Positions 9,657 to 18,557 of a stretch of 64,000 bases of DNA are shown here, in pieces. Below the pieces are notes generated by a model. The model made no database searches, was not told where the DNA came from, and worked only from the letters and a program-made list of their open reading frames with translations. The number at the start of each line of letters is the position of its first letter. Positions within the stretch are counted from its first letter, which is position 1. The position numbers and the translations under genes are program-made. The DNA is from a virus (Duplodnaviria; Heunggongvirae; Uroviricota; Caudoviricetes), in the IMG/VR virus record IMGVR_UViG_3300028534_000001, positions 132,338 to 196,337 of that record; one strand, given 5' to 3'.

Positions 9657-10063
9657 TAAATTTCCTTTAAAATTTGACTAGCAACTTTCATATCAAATGT
9701 TCCATCATTTAATTTTTTCAATTGACCCATAATTTTTCCAAAATCTTTAGGTAAAGTAAATTCATTAGAAGATAAAATATTTTGAATAATTATTTTCATT
9801 TCGTCTTTTGATTTAATTTTAGGTAAAAAATTTAAACTTAAAATAAAATCTAATTCATCTTTAACATCCATTCCATTTTGCATAGAATCTTCTAATTGTT
9901 TAACATATTTTTTTGTACCTTCAACAATCATTTCATCTTCTGATTTCTTTTTTTCTTTTGCTAGTTTTTGAATAGTATCAATTAACATCATTAAAGCATA
10001 AGCTTTATTAGGTGCTTCTTTTTTATATTTAAACATTAGTTTTTTCAATTCAATCATTTTCAT
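9656..10063 (-). CDS. hypothetical protein
   Basis: 135 aa ORF. Confidence 0.4.
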   Translation of the reverse strand: MKMIELKKLMFKYKKEAPNKAYALMMLIDTIQKLAKEKKKSEDEMIVEGTKKYVKQLEDSMQNGMDVKDELDFILSLNFLPKIKSKDEMKIIIQNILSSNEFTLPKDFGKIMGQLKKLNDGTFDMKVASQILKEI

Positions 10064-10355
10064 TTGTATCTCCTCTTATAATTGCTTTAATATCTCTTAA
10101 TTCTAAAAGAAAAAATTCACCTTCTTCAAATTTAATAGCAGTTGATATTGGCATTCTTCCATAATAAACAGAATCTCCTACAGAAATTTTATCATTTAAA
10201 TCTTTAAAAACTGCTACAACTTTACCTGTTTCAGGTTCTTTAGATGTTTGTAAAACTATTCCACTTGATGTTGTTTCTTCTTTATTTATTTCTATTAAAA
10301 TTCTCCCACCAATAGGTTCAAAATTTTTAATTGTCATTTTGTTTCTCCTTGACAT
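10050..10355 (-). CDS. GroES-like co-chaperonin (Hsp10)
   Basis: The FEPIGGRILIE, SGIVL, GKVVAV, VGDSV and DIKAII motifs align to the GroES IRPLHDRVIVK, GGIVL, GEVLAV, VGDIV and DILAIV motifs. Confidence 0.6.
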   Translation of the reverse strand: MSRRNKMTIKNFEPIGGRILIEINKEETTSSGIVLQTSKEPETGKVVAVFKDLNDKISVGDSVYYGRMPISTAIKFEEGEFFLLELRDIKAIIRGDTNEND

Positions 10356-10723
10356 TTTTCTTTATGTTTTTGATAACTAGAAAATCTTTTATATTCTTTT
10401 TTACAATTTTCACATATAAATGTTAAATCAATTTGTTTATTATATTTTTTTAAAAGATTTAATAATTTTTGTTTTTCTTGATTATTTAATAAAGAATTTA
10501 AAGGAATTAAATCAAATATTTTCGAATTTATAAATTCTTCAAATTCTTGATTTTCTTTATCAGAAAATCCATCAGTATAATATTTATCTATCATATATAT
10601 CAAATATTTTTTTAAATTATAAGCTGCTTGGGCTTCAAATAATACTCTTTTTTGTTCTTCTTTTAAATATTTTTTAAATTTTTTTAATTTTTTTCTTTTA
10701 ATATTCCTTTCAAATTTACCCAT
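10334..10723 (-). CDS. hypothetical protein with C-terminal C2HC-like zinc finger
   Basis: CENCKKEYKRFSSYQKHKEKC lies at the C-terminus. Confidence 0.4.
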   Translation of the reverse strand: MGKFERNIKRKKLKKFKKYLKEEQKRVLFEAQAAYNLKKYLIYMIDKYYTDGFSDKENQEFEEFINSKIFDLIPLNSLLNNQEKQKLLNLLKKYNKQIDLTFICENCKKEYKRFSSYQKHKEKCQGETK

Positions 10724-10732
10724 TTTTAATCC

Positions 10733-11299
10733 TTAAATTTTATATTGTTCTACAATTATACCACATTCTTTTAAAAAATCCAAACTTTTAGTATCTCTAT
10801 ATTTTTCTTTATAAACAACTCTTTTAATTCCTGCTTGAATAATCATTTTAGCGCATTCAAAACAAGGTGAAAGTGTAACATATAAAGTAGCTCCATTTGT
10901 ACTTATTCCATTTTTTGTACAAAATAAAATAGCATTTGCTTCAGCATGAACTACTTCTGGAATTGTTTTATTATTACATTCACATTTATCTTCTCTAATT
11001 TCTTTTTTACCTGTACCACCACATTCATAACATAAAATTTCATTTTTATCAGGTATACTAAATCCATAAACATCACTTAAAGGTATTTTTAAATTTTCTT
11101 TATCTAAAATACCTTTACCATTACATAATTTACAAGTTTCTAATTTTTTTATAGTATAACCTGAAGGTAATCCATTATAACCTATACTTATGATTCTTCC
11201 ATCTTTTACTAAAACAGCTGCTACTTTTTTTCTTGTACATTTACTTTGATTTTTCCAAACATCAGCTGTTTCCATCATAACTTTATCATATTTTTTCAT
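10733..11299 (-). CDS. cd: dCMP deaminase with inserted DnaJ-type zinc-finger module
   Basis: GYNGLPSG, HAEANAI and SPCFECA are the CDA zinc motifs. A roughly 45 aa insert between YNG and HAE carries CKLCNGKG and CYECGGTG. Confidence 0.8.
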   Translation of the reverse strand: MKKYDKVMMETADVWKNQSKCTRKKVAAVLVKDGRIISIGYNGLPSGYTIKKLETCKLCNGKGILDKENLKIPLSDVYGFSIPDKNEILCYECGGTGKKEIREDKCECNNKTIPEVVHAEANAILFCTKNGISTNGATLYVTLSPCFECAKMIIQAGIKRVVYKEKYRDTKSLDFLKECGIIVEQYKI

Positions 11300-11368
11300 A
11301 TATACTCCTAATTTTAAAAATATTTTATAATATAATTATAATATAAAAAATTAAAAAATATAACTTAT

Positions 11369-12196
11369 TTACCATTGAATTTTTTTAAATCTCATATCTT
11401 GAAAAGTATTTTGTTTAATATTAACATTTATAGTATTTTTAGAAGGTTTATTAGAATCTTCTCCTGTACTTATTCCTCCCCAATATTTACTACTTTCACC
11501 TACATTTAAATCAGTTTTTCCATAAATTTCTCTTATATCTAAAGGTGTATCATTTTTATCAATATCACAATAATGATAATCATAAAGAGTTATACTATGT
11601 TTTCCATTTTTAAAAGAAGCATAAATATAATTAGGATATATAGAATATTTCATTTTATTACCTTTTATTGAAGGTATATTATTATAAGATGTTTTATTAC
11701 CTATAAAATCAATAGCATTATAATTTATTTTATAAATTCTTCCTTCTTTTAAACTATTGGGAACATCAAAAGTAAAAGTATAAGGTCTTATACAAAAATG
11801 ATCTTTACTATATTCAGTTTTTATTTTTCCATCAGCTAATTTAAATGTTATTTTATATCTAGCATCTCTACTAATTTTATCAAATTTAGGAAATAAAAAA
11901 ATACCTATTCTTTTAACATTTCCAATTTTTTCATCTTTATTATTTACAATTGAAATATCATAAATTTTTATTATAGGACAAAATATTTGAATATTTTCAA
12001 AAGCACTTTTACCTTTTATTTTTGTTCCTATAATAGATAATATTTCATTTTTACATGAAACATCAACAACATTAACACATCTATGCATAATAGGATTAGT
12101 TTCTGGATGTTTGACATATGGGTGTTTTATGTTTGTATAATTTTCACTATATAAAAAACTAATCAAAATAACAATAAACATTAAAATTTTTTTCAT
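11369..12196 (-). CDS. secreted/membrane-anchored hypothetical protein
   Basis: The N-terminus has a hydrophobic signal/anchor MKKILMFIVILISFLYS. It overlaps the Sir2 gene by 4 nt (ATGA). Confidence 0.45.
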   Translation of the reverse strand: MKKILMFIVILISFLYSENYTNIKHPYVKHPETNPIMHRCVNVVDVSCKNEILSIIGTKIKGKSAFENIQIFCPIIKIYDISIVNNKDEKIGNVKRIGIFLFPKFDKISRDARYKITFKLADGKIKTEYSKDHFCIRPYTFTFDVPNSLKEGRIYKINYNAIDFIGNKTSYNNIPSIKGNKMKYSIYPNYIYASFKNGKHSITLYDYHYCDIDKNDTPLDIREIYGKTDLNVGESSKYWGGISTGEDSNKPSKNTINVNIKQNTFQDMRFKKIQW

Positions 12197-12903
12197 AATA
12201 TCCCCTTATTTTTTAATAATATTTCTAATTCTTTAGGGTTGCTACAATAATTATTATAACCTTTTCTATTATTTTTATCAACTAAAAAGGTCTCACAATT
12301 TGCAAATTTTGCTATTCCATCAATATCTATAACTATAGAACTACTACCTATTACAATTAACTTACTATTAGGGTTTTGTAAATATTCAAAAGCTCTTCTC
12401 ATATATGTATATAACCAAGCATATCCATTAAAAAATACAATATCAGGTTTTACTCCTTTTATACTATTACAATTTGGACATCTATCTTTTTCACAATCCC
12501 AATTTTTATATTTTATTTCAAATTTATTACCACAAGCTGTACATTCCATTTTAGTAATTTTACCATGTACATACATTGTAGGTATTTTTAATCTATCAAA
12601 AAAATCAGATATATTAGTTGTGATATTTATTAAAGTATCTTTATATTTATCATTTAATTTTTTTATAATATAATGATATTCATTACATTTAGAAGATTTT
12701 ATTTGATTTCTTAAAATATTATAAAATTCATGCATAACACAAAAATTTTTCTTCCAAGTTTTATCATTACAAACTATATCTTTGTTATATTTTTCCCAAA
12801 TAGAATCTTTTCCTCTAAATGTAGATAAACCAGACAAAATATCTAATCCTGCACCACTAAAAATTATAATTTTTTCACTACCATCATATCTAGGAATAAA
12901 CAT
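12193..12903 (-). CDS. Sir2-family NAD-dependent deacylase / ADP-ribosyltransferase
   Basis: GAGLDILSGLSTFRG is the Sir2 GAGIS..GIP.FR motif. The catalytic HG is present (YVHGKI). A zinc ribbon is formed by CTACG and CPNCNS. VIGSSSIV is also present. Confidence 0.7.
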   Translation of the reverse strand: MFIPRYDGSEKIIIFSGAGLDILSGLSTFRGKDSIWEKYNKDIVCNDKTWKKNFCVMHEFYNILRNQIKSSKCNEYHYIIKKLNDKYKDTLINITTNISDFFDRLKIPTMYVHGKITKMECTACGNKFEIKYKNWDCEKDRCPNCNSIKGVKPDIVFFNGYAWLYTYMRRAFEYLQNPNSKLIVIGSSSIVIDIDGIAKFANCETFLVDKNNRKGYNNYCSNPKELEILLKNKGIL

Positions 12904-12915
12904 ATGTACTCCTTT

Positions 12916-13221
12916 TTATATTACATCTTTTGATATACTAAAAATATTATGAAGTTCTAATATAAAAAATTTTATATTTTCACAAAAATTTTCAGGGAAA
13001 TTTTTATAAAAAGATATAGATTCTAATCTATGGATATTATTATCTTCGTTTAAAACTACATCAACAAGTTTTTTTTGATTTTCATTTAATTGTTCATAAT
13101 AATTTAAAATTTTGTCTACTAAATTATTTTTTTCTATGTATAAATACATATCTTTACAATCCATATCATAAACTTTTATAAGTTCGTTTAATAGTTCTTT
13201 CATAACGAACTCCTTTAACAT
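12916..13221 (-). CDS. MLKE-family hypothetical protein
   Basis: N-terminus is MLKEFVMKELLNEL. Confidence 0.4.
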   Translation of the reverse strand: MLKEFVMKELLNELIKVYDMDCKDMYLYIEKNNLVDKILNYYEQLNENQKKLVDVVLNEDNNIHRLESISFYKNFPENFCENIKFFILELHNIFSISKDVI

Positions 13222-13751
13222 TTTATATCAATATTATTTAAAATTTTTTTAATATCCTTTAAAGTTTCTGGTTTTTCGAATGTTTCTTCATTATTTTGAT
13301 TTTTAATTGTATTTTCTTTTTGTATTTGTTTAAAATCATTTTGAATATTTTTAGGTTTTATTTTTGTTAATACATCATATTCATATTTTAAATCATTATA
13401 TTTAGTTAATAATTTTTTATTTTTATCTTTCAAATTATCTAATTCTTCTAATAATAATAATTCAACTTTTTGTAAATTATTAAATTTTTTTTCTATTTTT
13501 CCTAATTTACTTTTTAGATTTTTTATTTCAACATATGATTTTTTTAATTTTTGTAAATAATGCTGTTCATAATCAAATTTATCATTTTCACAATTATTAA
13601 GAGTTACTCCAATAAATTCATAAAATCCTACAACATTTTCAAGGTATTCAACTTTGTGTAAAAGATTATCTCTTTCTCTTAAAATTTCTTTAAACATTTC
13701 AATAGAAATTTTATCTTCTTTATTGAATAAATTTTTTAGCCATTTAAACAT
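13215..13751 (-). CDS. coiled-coil hypothetical protein
   Basis: 178 aa with heptad-rich sequence. Confidence 0.4.
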   Translation of the reverse strand: MFKWLKNLFNKEDKISIEMFKEILRERDNLLHKVEYLENVVGFYEFIGVTLNNCENDKFDYEQHYLQKLKKSYVEIKNLKSKLGKIEKKFNNLQKVELLLLEELDNLKDKNKKLLTKYNDLKYEYDVLTKIKPKNIQNDFKQIQKENTIKNQNNEETFEKPETLKDIKKILNNIDIKC

Positions 13752-13753
13752 TT

Positions 13754-14032
13754 TTACTCCTTGTTAGCTTTTTCAAACATATCACAAGTTTTGACTTTGA
13801 TATCATTTAAATAAATAACATCCCATTCTTTTTTTAAAGATTCTAAATATTCATCTAATTCATCTATTACTATAAAATCAGTATCTAAATATTCAAAAGC
13901 TAGCGAAGGTAGCTCTTCGCAATTATATTTAAAATAATCTACATCAAAAGTATATTCACCTTTTGATTTTATTATTACTAAACCTATTTCATTTTTATTA
14001 AAATAATGATTATTTTTGCTTTTTATTTTCAT
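13754..14032 (-). CDS. hypothetical protein
   Basis: The start was moved to the ATG at 14032, because the track start at 14086 overlaps the -35 of promoter 14058..14086. Confidence 0.4.
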   Translation of the reverse strand: MKIKSKNNHYFNKNEIGLVIIKSKGEYTFDVDYFKYNCEELPSLAFEYLDTDFIVIDELDEYLESLKKEWDVIYLNDIKVKTCDMFEKANKE

Positions 14033-14057
14033 GATTTTACCTTTTTCTTTTTTTGTT

Positions 14058-14086
14058 ATTATACAATAAATCAAAAGAAAAGTCAA
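14058..14086 (-). promoter_or_regulatory. sigma70-type early promoter
   Basis: The attata element is at 14058-14063 and agtcaa at 14081-14086, with a 17 nt spacer. Confidence 0.7.
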
Positions 14087-14452
14087 CTAATCTTTTGATT
14101 TTAAACAGAAAAATCCTTCTAATGCTGAATCTGTTTCTAATGTAATAAAATATAATCCTTTTTTATTAGGTGTTTCACTTACATAAATTAAAATATTACC
14201 AGCTTCATAAATTTTAAATTTAGTATTATTAAAAGTTGTCCCACCTGATCTATAAAAAGTTGCGTGTGCTTTTCTATTAGTATTGATATTTTTAAGAGCA
14301 ATTTTTAATGTGTCTTCTTTTTCAATAGCATATAACATATCTTTATTATAACTAAATGCTTTACCATCAACTTGTTTTTTAACTGAAATACATTTATATT
14401 CTGACGCAAATAGACCTACAACAAACATTAACATTAACATAACTTTTTTCAT
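14087..14452 (-). CDS. secreted hypothetical protein
   Basis: Signal peptide MKKVMLMLMFVVGLFASEYKC is present. Confidence 0.45.
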   Translation of the reverse strand: MKKVMLMLMFVVGLFASEYKCISVKKQVDGKAFSYNKDMLYAIEKEDTLKIALKNINTNRKAHATFYRSGGTTFNNTKFKIYEAGNILIYVSETPNKKGLYFITLETDSALEGFFCLKSKD

Positions 14453-15550
14453 TTAAATCTCCTTTTTATTTATTATAATTTTAATTTCATCAAATTCATA
14501 CCCAAGAGGCATTTCTAAATTTTTCATCATATTATATAATACATTTTCAGGAATAAATTTTCCTTCAGTTTCAAATCTGTATTTATTTCTAAAAAATAAT
14601 TCTTTAATTGGTGTTAATAAAGTAATAGCAATAGGTGAATGATTTTTTAGATTTGTTAACCATTTTCTTCTACTTTTCCAAGTCATATTAGTCATATCTA
14701 TAATAAAATCTTCATTTGAATTTTTTAATTCAGTAAATTTTTTAGAAACTCTTCTATCAATTTCTTTATGATCATCTTCAGTTAACATATTCCAACCATC
14801 ACTATATGTAGGATAACCTTTGCCTTTGCATTTATTACAAATTGAATGATCTAAATTATCACCTACATATCCTTCAATATAACCTTTGCCATTACAAAAA
14901 TTACAAATAAATTTTTCTTTGATATAATTCATCAAAATATTATCTCTACTTAAAACTTTTAAATTAGGTAAATTTTCCTTAATATAAGTTGATTTTCCAC
15001 TTAAAGGTGTTCCGATCATAATATAACATTTATTTTTTTTAACACCTCTTTTTATGTCTTTAAAATCAACAATGCATTCTTTTGCTTTTCTATTATTTTC
15101 ATTATCGAAAAAAATATTACCAGCTTTATCAAATAATGAAAAATTATATATTTTAAGATATTTATCAATATTTTTAGCAAAATAATGTTTTATTTGTTTT
15201 TCACTTTTTTGCCATAACATCCCGTGATAATTGATTGTATATAAAACATCTAAAATTTTATCTTTACCTAAAATTCTTTCAATATCATCAATATATTCTA
15301 ATGCTTCAAAAGTCGAAATACCTTCGTGACCTCTGTAATAATCTTTTCCATCTTTGTGAGTTTTAGCATTTGGTTTTCCCAAATCATGTAACAAACCAAC
15401 AATTTTATTAAAATCATCATTTGCTTTGCTAAATACAAGACAAGTATGAGTCCAAGTATCACCTTCTAAATGGTATTTTTCACTATGTAAAATAACATTT
15501 CTCAATTTTTCAAAATGATCTTTTTTTATTTTTTTAAATAATGTTTCCAT
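14453..15550 (-). CDS. HD-phosphohydrolase + T4 Pnk-type polynucleotide 5'-kinase fusion with DnaJ-type zinc-finger insert
   Basis: The N-terminal HD domain is marked by H..H and GLLHDLGKP. The C-terminal IMIGTPLSGKSTYI, SRDNI and DMTNMTWKSRRKW align to T4 Pnk IGCPGSGKSTWA, NRDDY and DTNLNPERRLAW. The insert carries CNFCNGKG and CNKCKGKG. Confidence 0.6.
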   Translation of the reverse strand: METLFKKIKKDHFEKLRNVILHSEKYHLEGDTWTHTCLVFSKANDDFNKIVGLLHDLGKPNAKTHKDGKDYYRGHEGISTFEALEYIDDIERILGKDKILDVLYTINYHGMLWQKSEKQIKHYFAKNIDKYLKIYNFSLFDKAGNIFFDNENNRKAKECIVDFKDIKRGVKKNKCYIMIGTPLSGKSTYIKENLPNLKVLSRDNILMNYIKEKFICNFCNGKGYIEGYVGDNLDHSICNKCKGKGYPTYSDGWNMLTEDDHKEIDRRVSKKFTELKNSNEDFIIDMTNMTWKSRRKWLTNLKNHSPIAITLLTPIKELFFRNKYRFETEGKFIPENVLYNMMKNLEMPLGYEFDEIKIIINKKEI

Positions 15551-15553
15551 ATT

Positions 15554-15715
15554 TTACTCTTTATTTTTAGATTTTTTTGATTTTAAATTTTTTCTAAGAT
15601 TTTCTAATGGATTAGTTTCTGATTTACCAAAAATATAATCCATAACACTTTGTCTATTTTCTTTTGAACTTCTAATCCATTCTGTGATAATTTTTGCTTC
15701 TCCTGTTTGAATCAT
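15554..15715 (-). CDS. small hypothetical protein (53 aa), absent from ORF track
   Basis: An ATG at 15715 with an AAGGAG RBS lies immediately downstream of promoter 15745..15773. The stop TAA is the rc of 15554-15556. Confidence 0.3.
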   Translation of the reverse strand: MIQTGEAKIITEWIRSSKENRQSVMDYIFGKSETNPLENLRKNLKSKKSKNKE

Positions 15716-15744
15716 TTTTTCTCCTTTTTTATTTTCTTAATATA

Positions 15745-15773
15745 ATTATACCAAAATTTTATAAAAAAGTCAA
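15745..15773 (-). promoter_or_regulatory. sigma70-type early promoter
   Basis: The attata element is at 15745-15750 and agtcaa at 15768-15773, with a 17 nt spacer. Confidence 0.7.
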
Positions 15774-15779
15774 GAAAAT

Positions 15780-16265
15780 TTAAGAAATTTTTTCTAATAT
15801 TTTGATAACTTGATTTTTTAAATGTTCTAAATCTTTTGTATTATCTATAATATAATCAAACAATTCATCTGATAAATCTTGTTCTGTTATATGATTATCT
15901 TCATTTTTATTAAATCTTTTTACTTTTATTAGTATAGCATTCTGTTTTTTAAGAAATTCAATTTCATTCATAAATCTAACATCTGTAACTATTATTTTAT
16001 TTTTTAAATTTTGATCTACATAATTTATAAATTGATTCTCATCATATTTTCTCATTAACATACCTATATTTCTGAATATATGTCTCCAATAAGGTATTCT
16101 TTTTAGTGTATCATATGTATGTTCATCTATTTGAAATATTTTAAAAATTTCTTTTTTAATTGGGTCTGCAAAAGCAATTTTATTAAATTCATTATCTATT
16201 TCTTTTATAATTTGATATACTGTATCTTTTCCACTTCCTTTTAAACCATGTAAACCTATAATCAT
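15780..16265 (-). CDS. deoxynucleoside monophosphate kinase (T4 gp1-like)
   Basis: MIIGLHGLKGSGKDT matches T4 gp1 MKLIFLSGVKRSGKDT. DPIKKEI matches GPIKDAL and DNHITE matches DTHITE. Confidence 0.7.
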   Translation of the reverse strand: MIIGLHGLKGSGKDTVYQIIKEIDNEFNKIAFADPIKKEIFKIFQIDEHTYDTLKRIPYWRHIFRNIGMLMRKYDENQFINYVDQNLKNKIIVTDVRFMNEIEFLKKQNAILIKVKRFNKNEDNHITEQDLSDELFDYIIDNTKDLEHLKNQVIKILEKIS

Positions 16266-16303
16266 AAAAATCTCCTCAATTTTTAATTAAAAGAAAAAAT
16301 CTT

Positions 16304-17434
16304 TTAATTATCTAAATTTTTGATAAATTCTCTTGCTTTAGTAAGTTTAGAATTATCTTTTATTATTTTTTCTTTTAATAATTTATCTAAATCATTTTCA
16401 TTCTTTGCTTTCATTATAACTCCAAAATATGGGTATTTATTATATTTCATTGCAAATTCTTTTCTTTCCATATTTAGTTTTTCTTTAAAAAGATTTAAAC
16501 ATTTATTATATGTATGATTATAAAAATGTGAAACTTTGTTTGTTAATTCAGATATAATTTTATGTTTTTCACCTTTTAAATTTGATAAAATATCATCAAT
16601 TGTTTCATTTATAATATGTTCTATAAGTTTATTTTCAACTAATTCATTAGGTGATAATAATTTATGTAATGTAAAATACCACATTGTTTTAAATTTTCTA
16701 AAAGATGTTTTGAGTGGGTGATTATAATTTCTTACTACCCATCCTTCAATTCCTTCTTTTGTTTCTAGTAATTTTCTTAATTCTGATAATGTATAATTAT
16801 ATTTTTTTGCTAATTTTAAATTAAATTCTTTTGAAAAATGTTTTAAATCTTCATAATGTAAATATTCACCTGTAAATTTATTTCTTATTTGAATTAGTCT
16901 AAGTTCAAATTCTTCTTCATAATTAACAACAATTAAATTTTTCCACCCAACTAATTCAAAAAATGGAATAAATCCAATAAGTTTACAAGCTTTAATAAAA
17001 TTTAAATAATTTTCATTATTTTTAATAAATTTATTTGCTAAATCAGCTTGTTCTGAATAAAAAGAACCTTTAGTTCTAAGTAAAAAATTACCTTTTGAAG
17101 AAAATGTAGGAACAATTAAACTTCCATCTAATTTTTCCATAATTTCTAATTTATCATTATCATTCCAAGGTTTTTCTAATTCTTTATCAATAGTTAAAGG
17201 ATTTTCATTATCATTAAAAAATTTATGAAGACCTAACCATCTTTCTCCTGTATCCAAATTAAAACATAATCCTCTCATTTCTAATCTTTTAAAATCTTCA
17301 CTAAAATCGGTAAAACTTGCTAATCTATAATTAAAAATTCTAAATTTTTCTCCATCAAATTCCTCATCTTTATAATAAAAAGATTCATTATTTTCAACTA
17401 CTTTCATTGCTTCTTCTAAAGTTATTAAATTCAT
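16304..17434 (-). CDS. rnlA: RNA ligase 1 (T4 RnlA-like)
   Basis: At 376 aa it is close to T4 RnlA (374 aa). N-terminal FYYKDEEFDGEKFRIFNYRLASFTDF matches FFYSDDVS.GRTYRIFSYNYASYSDW. Motif I is EKLDGSL. Confidence 0.75.
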   Translation of the reverse strand: MNLITLEEAMKVVENNESFYYKDEEFDGEKFRIFNYRLASFTDFSEDFKRLEMRGLCFNLDTGERWLGLHKFFNDNENPLTIDKELEKPWNDNDKLEIMEKLDGSLIVPTFSSKGNFLLRTKGSFYSEQADLANKFIKNNENYLNFIKACKLIGFIPFFELVGWKNLIVVNYEEEFELRLIQIRNKFTGEYLHYEDLKHFSKEFNLKLAKKYNYTLSELRKLLETKEGIEGWVVRNYNHPLKTSFRKFKTMWYFTLHKLLSPNELVENKLIEHIINETIDDILSNLKGEKHKIISELTNKVSHFYNHTYNKCLNLFKEKLNMERKEFAMKYNKYPYFGVIMKAKNENDLDKLLKEKIIKDNSKLTKAREFIKNLDN

Positions 17435-17470
17435 TTTTATTCCTTATAATTATCATGGATATTTTATATA

Positions 17471-17499
17471 ATTATACTAAATTTTCAAATAAAAGTCAA
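17471..17499 (-). promoter_or_regulatory. sigma70-type early promoter
   Basis: The attata element is at 17471-17476 and agtcaa at 17494-17499, with a 17 nt spacer. Confidence 0.7.
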
Positions 17500-17507
17500 G
17501 AGAAATA

Positions 17508-18524
17508 TTAAATTTCTCTTTTTAAAATATCCCTTACTATTTCTTGAGCTGAAGGTCTTGCTAAATTTTGAATAATTTTTTTCTCGCCTTTATCTAATTC
17601 ATTAAATTTAGGATTATCTTTAATAAAATCTTCTAAAGCATCTTTGAAAAATAATCCTACAATTTTACCAAATTGTTTCCAATCTTTTTCAACTTCACCT
17701 TTTGAAAATAAATTATGAAGTCTATTAACTTCAAAGTATTTTGTAATTTCTTCTGCCCATTTTCTTTGTTCATCTGTAATTACAATTTGTTTTTTATTTT
17801 TAATTTTTTTAATTTTACCTTTTTCTTTAAATTTATCATTTTTATTTTTAAGAATAACTCTATCACCATTAGGCAATGTTTTATTAACTACTGGTTTAAT
17901 TACAACACCTTCACAAATATTTCCTTCTATAGGATTTAATCCATACAATTCAGGGATTTTTGTAGGAAATTCATTTGAAAATTGTAAACATTCTTCAAAT
18001 GTTCCTCTAAATAATTCTGGAACTACTTTAAATTCACAATTAAAAGCTAAATTTTTAACTTTATCCCATTCTAAAAATTCAGCATTTTCATCCTCATCAA
18101 CAGTCATAATATCAAAAACCATAAAATCAGTAAATGGAATATAATGAACTTCTTTTTGAATTTTTGTAAACCCTGGTTTAGTTTCACCATTAAAAATACC
18201 ACCAAAATGTTCTCCAAAAATTTGAACTTGTTTAATTTTTGGATTTTGTGAAATTAAAAAAGATGCAACTTTTTTAGCTGATTCTCTGTAATTTTCAAGC
18301 ATAATATCTGCATCATAAAATTTTTCTAATTCATTATCATTTAAAACAGATGTTCTTTTAGCAACTTTAACATTTTCTCCATCTGAAATGAAGCTAAAAT
18401 TTGTCCCGTGAATTTTTTCAGTAACTACCCATTCACAACAATCTATAATTCCACTTGTGATAATTCTTTTAATTTCTTTTTCTCTGTAAGAATTTTCAAT
18501 TGATGAATATTTTTTAAATTTCAT
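17508..18524 (-). CDS. rnlB: RNA ligase 2 (T4 Rnl2-like)
   Basis: MKFKKYSSIENSYREKEI...CEWVVTEKIHGTNFS is nearly identical to the T4 Rnl2 N-terminus and motif I EKIHGTN. At 338 aa it is close to T4 Rnl2 (334 aa). Confidence 0.8.
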   Translation of the reverse strand: MKFKKYSSIENSYREKEIKRIITSGIIDCCEWVVTEKIHGTNFSFISDGENVKVAKRTSVLNDNELEKFYDADIMLENYRESAKKVASFLISQNPKIKQVQIFGEHFGGIFNGETKPGFTKIQKEVHYIPFTDFMVFDIMTVDEDENAEFLEWDKVKNLAFNCEFKVVPELFRGTFEECLQFSNEFPTKIPELYGLNPIEGNICEGVVIKPVVNKTLPNGDRVILKNKNDKFKEKGKIKKIKNKKQIVITDEQRKWAEEITKYFEVNRLHNLFSKGEVEKDWKQFGKIVGLFFKDALEDFIKDNPKFNELDKGEKKIIQNLARPSAQEIVRDILKREI

Positions 18525-18557
18525 ATTTTCTCCTTTTGATTTATTTTTTATAATATA

